Notes under the pieces: generated by a model
What the model saw: the letters and a program-made list of their open reading frames with translations, nothing else
Database searches by the model: none
Told to the model about the DNA's origin: nothing
Assembly (NCBI GenBank): GCA_039000165.1
Contig: JAWBTW010000001.1
Span: forward strand, 30,525 to 94,524
Direction of reading: 5' to 3'
Length of the DNA stretch: 64,000 bases
Source: Candidatus Aenigmatarchaeota archaeon
Lineage (GTDB): Archaea; Aenigmatarchaeota; Aenigmatarchaeia; CG10238-14; SCSR01
Part shown: positions 58,548 through 64,000 of the stretch, in pieces
Layout: the number at the start of each line of letters is the position of its first letter
Numbering within the stretch: the stretch's first letter is position 1
Made by a program: the position numbers and the translations under genes

Positions 58548-58909
58548 TTTTCTTCTTCCCTCCTTTTTTTATTTTCCTCATCATCTCGAGGAATTCTGCC
58601 ATAGCTCAAACTATGACTGTAAGAAGCCTCTCCTTTCCCCTAAAACTCTAAAGACAGCGCTTTTTCTTTCCCAAGACAAGTAGCTTTCAAAATTTTATAG
58701 AAGGCTATATTCTTGAGTACTTCACTTTTTTGTTTTTTTCCTTGATCTTGTTAGCCACTCTATCCAAAACGAATTTTGCACAGTCCTTTTGTAAGTGTAA
58801 ATTAGGTAAAGTAAGAGCATATGGATAATTTACTGCAAGCCATAGAAAGAAAAGTTTATAAAGGGAAAAAGGTTTTTAAATCTTTATATCTATTATTAAC
58901 TATTAAAAA

Positions 58910-59674
58910 GTGGTAACCATGAAAATATTTACCGACTTAAACGATACCTTAGTTAATTGTAAGTTTGGTAACTTAGACTTGGCAATAGTTAAAGAACTTG
59001 ACAAGTATTACCCAGGAATTTTTAGGGACGCTATGAACGAGCTATTAGAAATTGCAAGCTGGGAGGATAAAGTAGCAAGAGCGTTTAAAGTTCTGGGCAA
59101 GTATAGGGTCTCAAAAGAAGATTATTCTTGTGTAGCTGAGCAACTGGTAAATGGAAACAGTGTGAAAGTTTTTGAGCCTGTGATTAAAAGCTTGGAAAAG
59201 GTTTCTGACGTTTTAACAGGAATTTATATTTTTACAGGAAGTTCTCAAGAAGTCGCTGACCTTTTAACTGAGAAGAAAATTAAACCCTTACTTCCAAGTT
59301 ATGTTGAACTAATGGTTTTTGCCACACAACTATGCGAAGAAAAGGGAAGTTATACAGGAAAACTTAAGACTCTTTACGGTTTTAACGAGAGAAAAGAAAT
59401 TACAAGAAAATTGAAAGTTGGCGATGTTTCGGTGGGAATAGGAGATAATTATTCTACCGTTAACCAAGGTATGGTAAGAGAAGCAAACTATGGAATTTTT
59501 CTTTCCAAAAAATGGAACACTATAGACAGAAAGGGGAATATTTTTTATGTAAGGCCAAAACACTTGTACGTTGCTATCGAGCAAATACTAAACGAAAGCT
59601 TACCAGTTTGCAAGTGGATAATAAAGTGCGATTTGAGTGAGGCTTATGCAAGAGAAACTAATCCAAGAACTTAG
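58910..59674 (+). CDS. HAD-superfamily (phosphoserine-phosphatase-like) protein
   Basis: FTDLNDTL, FTGS, GIGD. Confidence 0.7.
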   Translation: MVTMKIFTDLNDTLVNCKFGNLDLAIVKELDKYYPGIFRDAMNELLEIASWEDKVARAFKVLGKYRVSKEDYSCVAEQLVNGNSVKVFEPVIKSLEKVSDVLTGIYIFTGSSQEVADLLTEKKIKPLLPSYVELMVFATQLCEEKGSYTGKLKTLYGFNERKEITRKLKVGDVSVGIGDNYSTVNQGMVREANYGIFLSKKWNTIDRKGNIFYVRPKHLYVAIEQILNESLPVCKWIIKCDLSEAYARETNPRT

Positions 59675-60437
59675 TAATCTTGGATTAAGCAATTATGAAG
59701 CTAGAGTTTACTTAGCTCTAGCTTTAAAAGGGCCTTTAACAGGTTTTGAAATAAGCGAAGTTAGCAAAATTCCTTACCCAAAAGTTTACGAAACAATAAA
59801 CAAGCTTAAGCTTAAGAACATGATAGAAATTTCCTTCGAAGGAAAGCATAGGAAATTTAAAGCTGTTGATCCAGAAAATGCTTTTCAAAGATTAGTAAGA
59901 ACAAAGGAAGAAGAAATTCTTGAGTTTAAAAACAAAGTAAAAGAAGTTTCAGAACTAATAAAAAGCCAAAATCAAGAGAACAAACAAGATGGAAGTTTAT
60001 GGATTTCCCAAGGAAATAGAGAATTCCTGGAAAAAGTTTCTTTTATGATAGAAAAAGCAAACGATTATGCTTATGGCTTAACCAGAAAATTCTCAAGAAT
60101 TGCTGAATTGGATGAAGAGATTATTAAGGCAGCAAAAAGAGGGGTTAAGATTAAACTTCTTGGTACTTCTTCTTTTGATGAGATAAGCTTAGCAAGAGCT
60201 CAATGGTATGTTGCAAACAAGATAGAAATAAGAACTTTAGAGTTAGAAGAACAACCAAGAATTTGTTTAATAGACGGAAAAGAAGTTTGTATAAGAATAG
60301 ATAACCAAAACAACTCGCAGGTTATTTGGTCTGACAATCCACACTTGGTTAACTTGATTAAAAGATATTTTGAGCTTTTATGGGAAAAAGCAGAAGAATT
60401 CAAACTTCCAAAAAATACTTTAACTTCTTCCTTCTAA
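59637..60437 (+). CDS. TrmB-family transcriptional regulator
   Basis: LGLSNYEARVYLAL...IPYPKVYE; PLD-like C-domain. Confidence 0.92.
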   Translation: MRLMQEKLIQELSNLGLSNYEARVYLALALKGPLTGFEISEVSKIPYPKVYETINKLKLKNMIEISFEGKHRKFKAVDPENAFQRLVRTKEEEILEFKNKVKEVSELIKSQNQENKQDGSLWISQGNREFLEKVSFMIEKANDYAYGLTRKFSRIAELDEEIIKAAKRGVKIKLLGTSSFDEISLARAQWYVANKIEIRTLELEEQPRICLIDGKEVCIRIDNQNNSQVIWSDNPHLVNLIKRYFELLWEKAEEFKLPKNTLTSSF

Positions 60438-60445
60438 ATTAATGT

Positions 60446-61708
60446 ATGATTCAGCTTAACTTCCTAGGAGCTTTAAATACAGTAGGAGCTTCTGGGGTTT
60501 TTATTGATAATGGAATAGAAAAAATTCTTTTAGATTATGGGACAAAAATTCAGGAGATTCCTCCAAAATTTCCTTTGCCTGTTTCTCATCCAATAGATGC
60601 TTTGCTTCTCTCTCATTCGCATCTAGACCATTCAGGTGGAATGCCGATACTTTTTAAAAACTCCAACTCATGTCCAATTTTTGCTATAAACGTTAACAAA
60701 GAATTGGTCGAGCTTCTTTTGTTTGATTCTATTAAAGTGAGTAGGGAAGAAGGGGTTGAGCTACCTTTTAGAAAAAGAGAAGTGAAAAAAACAATAAAAA
60801 ATTTTTTATCTGTTAACTACAGAGAAAGTTTTAAGATTCATAAAAGCAAGATAACTTTTTTTGACGCAGGTCATATTCCTGGCTCTGCAATGATTTTTAT
60901 TGATTTTGGTGAAAAAACCTTACTTTATACAGGCGATTTTAACACCGTAGAAACAAGACTCTTGAAAAAAGCAGACTTAAACCTGCCAGAAATAGATGTT
61001 TTAATAACAGAAAGTACTTATAGCGATAGAGACCATCCTGAAAGAAAAGAGCAAGAAAAAGAACTGATAAAAACTATAAGGGAAACTTTGTCAAGAGATG
61101 GAATTTGCCTGATAGCTGGTTTTGCTGTTGGAAGAATAGATGAAATTCTACTTGTCCTTGATTCTTATGGAATAGACTATCCTGTTTTTGTGGACGGAAT
61201 GGCAAAAAAAGCCATAACCATAATAAACAAGTACAATAATTTACTAAAAAACCCAAAAAGTTTGGATAAAGCTTTAGAAAAAGTAGAGTATGTAAAAAGC
61301 CAGAAAATGAGAAAAAGGATTTTAAAAGAACCTTGTGTTATTCTTTCAACTAGCGGGATGCTTTCTGGCGGGCCAATAGTTGAGTATATAAAAAGGCTTT
61401 ATTCAAGAGAAGATTGTAGTCTTGTTCTTACTTCTTTTCAGCTAGAAGGTACTCCTGGCAAAACATTGCTTGAAACAGGAAGATATATAAATGAAGAGCT
61501 TGACTTAGACGTAAAAATGCAGGTTAAAAGACTTGATTTTTCTTCCCATGTTGGAAGAAAGGGTTTGTTTGAGTTTATAGAAAAAGTTTCTCCTGAAAAA
61601 GTTTTTTGTGTACATGGCGATCATACACAAGAGTTTGCTTCTGAGCTTAAAGAAAAAGGTTTTGACGCTGTTGCTCCTTTAGCAAACAACAGAGTTTTTA
61701 CTCTTTAA
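60446..61708 (+). CDS. MBL-fold beta-CASP ribonuclease
   Basis: SHSHLDH, AGHIPG, YTGD, ESTY, SGMLSGG, SSH, VHGD. Confidence 0.93.
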   Translation: MIQLNFLGALNTVGASGVFIDNGIEKILLDYGTKIQEIPPKFPLPVSHPIDALLLSHSHLDHSGGMPILFKNSNSCPIFAINVNKELVELLLFDSIKVSREEGVELPFRKREVKKTIKNFLSVNYRESFKIHKSKITFFDAGHIPGSAMIFIDFGEKTLLYTGDFNTVETRLLKKADLNLPEIDVLITESTYSDRDHPERKEQEKELIKTIRETLSRDGICLIAGFAVGRIDEILLVLDSYGIDYPVFVDGMAKKAITIINKYNNLLKNPKSLDKALEKVEYVKSQKMRKRILKEPCVILSTSGMLSGGPIVEYIKRLYSREDCSLVLTSFQLEGTPGKTLLETGRYINEELDLDVKMQVKRLDFSSHVGRKGLFEFIEKVSPEKVFCVHGDHTQEFASELKEKGFDAVAPLANNRVFTL

Positions 61709-61766
61709 AACTACAAAAATATTAACCAAAAAGTAGTAAAATTTAAATATTTATCACTCAATAATA

Positions 61767-62045
61767 GTGACTATGAAAGGAAATGAGTTAGAGTTTTGCA
61801 CAGAAAAATACAAAAAATGGCGTAACATAGCTTTAAATTCGGAAAACTTGGAAGAAGCTAAGAAAGCAGCTGAAAGAGCGTTTTTCTGGTTAGAGCTTTA
61901 TTCAGCTTACTTAGCTATATTATCAGCAGAGAAGCTTGCTAAGCATAATAAAAAATTAAAAAATAAAATTTTTGCTGCAAGAATAAAAATTTGTAAGAAA
62001 TTGAACGAATACTCAAAACAAATGCTTAACGATTTAAAACTATAG
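61767..62045 (+). CDS. Hypothetical protein
   Basis: ORF only. Confidence 0.6.
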   Translation: MTMKGNELEFCTEKYKKWRNIALNSENLEEAKKAAERAFFWLELYSAYLAILSAEKLAKHNKKLKNKIFAARIKICKKLNEYSKQMLNDLKL

Positions 62046-62942
62046 GTTTTTGAGAGTTTCTAAGAATTTTTCTGTCGATAAAAATCCTCTTATGCTTGCT
62101 CCTCCTGCTGTTAAGTGGCCGCCTCCTCCAAAAAGGTTTGCAATTTTATGTACGTCTTTTCCTGTATGACTTCTTAACTCGAGCTTTGTGAAAATGCTGT
62201 TTTTGACTTCGTCAACCTTATGAAATATTGCTACAATAAAATCAAAAGGCGCGCTAGAATGCTCTTTAAGCTTCTCGTTTATTATATGAACCGGTATTGG
62301 GCTGTTGGATTCGTAAATTGCTATTTTGTTCCCGTTAACCTCGAAAACCCTGGCTTTTTTTATAACCTCTTCCTCTGCCCTTTTTTTCCATTCATAGTAG
62401 TTTTTTAAAAGCATGGCTATACCTTTATTCTGCTCAAACTTTTCTATTCCTGAAAAAGCAAGGTCACGAGCCAAGCCTCTTAGCTTATGGTAGGATTTGG
62501 TAAATTTGATAGCAGCTATCAAATCTCTTAAGAACAAAGCTTCCTCACTTTTGATCTCGTTTCTATCTATCTCGTTTGCTATCTCTATTAAGCTTGACTC
62601 CAAACCAAAATACTTTCCTACAAGCTTAGCCGCACTTGGACTTGAGCTATCAACAAAAGCTTCTACGTTTTTATATTCTTGTGTTTCAGGCCATATGTGG
62701 TGGTCTATCCAAGTTGCCTTTTCAAAAAGAGAAGAAAGCAGTAAAGATTTAGAATCGGCTGTGATGTCAAAAATATAGAGCTTTTTAAACCTTTCTTTCA
62801 TTAAGCAAGAAAATAAAGTCTTTTTGATGACTGAGGGAGAAGAAAAACGCACGGTTGCCTTACAACCGAATTTCTTGAAGAATAAGGACAAACAGATTAT
62901 TCCGTCAGCATCATTGTGTGTTATGACTAAGGGAGCTTCCAT
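62040..62942 (-). CDS. DHH/DHHA1 phosphoesterase
   Basis: THNDADG, WIDHH, GGGGH. Confidence 0.9.
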   Translation of the reverse strand: MEAPLVITHNDADGIICLSLFFKKFGCKATVRFSSPSVIKKTLFSCLMKERFKKLYIFDITADSKSLLLSSLFEKATWIDHHIWPETQEYKNVEAFVDSSSPSAAKLVGKYFGLESSLIEIANEIDRNEIKSEEALFLRDLIAAIKFTKSYHKLRGLARDLAFSGIEKFEQNKGIAMLLKNYYEWKKRAEEEVIKKARVFEVNGNKIAIYESNSPIPVHIINEKLKEHSSAPFDFIVAIFHKVDEVKNSIFTKLELRSHTGKDVHKIANLFGGGGHLTAGGASIRGFLSTEKFLETLKNL

Positions 62943-62973
62943 ATTTATTAAATTATTGCCCTAATTTATTTAT

Positions 62974-64000
62974 ATGAAAAAAACTCAAAAGAAAAAAGTT
63001 GTTTTCTTGGTTATAGACGGTTTGGCCGATTTGCCAATAAACAACAAAACTCCTTTAAGCGAGGCAAGAAAACCTAACCTTGATTATTTTGCTTCTAATG
63101 GTTTATTAGGACAAATAATTCCAGTGAAAAAGTCTTACTGGAACGAACTAACAAGAACAAGCGTAAGCCATATAGCAAACATTTCTTTGCTTGGTTTTAA
63201 CCCTTATAAACTTGAAATTAAAAGAGGTCCTTTGGAAGCTGTTGGAGCTAACATTCCCTATACTGAAGGGCATTTAGCAGTAAGATGCAACTTTGCTACA
63301 GTCGATAAAGAACTAACTGTTTTAGATAGACATATAGGAAGAAACTTTTCTGGCTTGGATGAAATTGCAAGAACGATAAACGAACATGTTAATATTGGCG
63401 TACCTTTTGTTTTTATGCGAACTTATGGACATAGAGCAGTTTTAATAATAAAAGAAAAATTGAGCGATAAGATAACGGATTCTGACCCTTATTATGATGG
63501 GGAAAAGGTGAGAAGAGTTGAGCCTTTGGAACCAGAAGCAAAAAGGAGTGCAGAGCTTGTTCAAAAGTTTTTAGATAGAGCAAGGGAGCTTATAGAGTTT
63601 CATCCTGCTAATGAAAAAAGGATTAAAGATGGTTTGCCACCAGCAAACTATATAATAACAAGAGAAGCAGGAAACAAACTGCCTTCTTTACCAAACTTTT
63701 CGAAAAAGTATAAGGTAAAAGCTGTTTGCATAGCTGAAAACGGAGTGATGAAAGCAACTTGCTTGCTTGCAGGTTTTAACGCAATAACAGTTCCTGAGTT
63801 AAAGTTTCAGCCCAGCTTAAAGTTTATATTCGACAGCATAGACGCTGCTTTGGCTGAGTATGATTTTGTTTATGCTCACATAAAAGGACCTGATGAGCCT
63901 GCTCATGATGGCGACTTCCATAAAAAAAGAGAAATGATAGAAGAAATTGACAGAAAGCTTGAGCGTTTCAGGAATTTTAAGGGAATTTTGGTTGTAACTT
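62974..64000 (+). CDS. apgM: 2,3-bisphosphoglycerate-independent phosphoglycerate mutase-like protein, runs off the window end
   Basis: manual translation VIDGLAD..TPL..A.KPNLD, RGPLEA, RCNFAT, HIKGPDEPAHDG. Confidence 0.88.
   Translation, partial: MKKTQKKKVVFLVIDGLADLPINNKTPLSEARKPNLDYFASNGLLGQIIPVKKSYWNELTRTSVSHIANISLLGFNPYKLEIKRGPLEAVGANIPYTEGHLAVRCNFATVDKELTVLDRHIGRNFSGLDEIARTINEHVNIGVPFVFMRTYGHRAVLIIKEKLSDKITDSDPYYDGEKVRRVEPLEPEAKRSAELVQKFLDRARELIEFHPANEKRIKDGLPPANYIITREAGNKLPSLPNFSKKYKVKAVCIAENGVMKATCLLAGFNAITVPELKFQPSLKFIFDSIDAALAEYDFVYAHIKGPDEPAHDGDFHKKREMIEEIDRKLERFRNFKGILVVT

Noticed and set aside
58574..58593. K-loop / C-box hairpin UUCCUC-GAGAUGAU-GAGGAA upstream of the 712-aa gene
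   Set aside because: A hairpin is plausible, but there is no proper CUGA partner in register; too weak to call.
47000..58900. Provirus or classical integron call for the accessory region
   Set aside because: No integrase, capsid, terminase, replication gene or tRNA att duplication is recognisable in the window.
2454..62778. Numerous short antisense/overlapping ORFs in the track
   Set aside because: They are shadows of well-supported genes on the other strand or frame and carry no motifs.

Overview
AT-rich archaeal chromosomal segment. Gene content and compact style suggest a small-genome, DPANN-like lineage (inference, not verified). It holds housekeeping genes: split MetRS, TyrRS, methanogen-type SerRS, carA-carB-pyrB-pyrI, the ribosomal-protein superoperon broken into two divergent halves with several inserted genes, oapABC, and two tRNAs. 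Features the ORF track misses: (1) cbf5 is interrupted inside its catalytic Asp codon by a 12-nt, stop-containing insert that folds as a bulge-helix-loop splice substrate (putative mRNA intron). (2) The 59-nt tRNA-Ser(UGA) intron has a complete C/D-box sRNA layout. (3) A 47-59 kb accessory region is punctuated by five copies of a 16-bp palindrome (TGTTAGACGTCTAACA), three around a solo Cas2/PaaX-like mini-gene. It contains two arrays of membrane/secreted-protein genes sharing an identical pseudoknot-forming intergenic element; two of the secreted genes reuse one RBS+signal-peptide module. It also carries TFB, a SUI1 paralogue and a HerA/VirB4-like ATPase. No integrase, cas1 or CRISPR array is visible.
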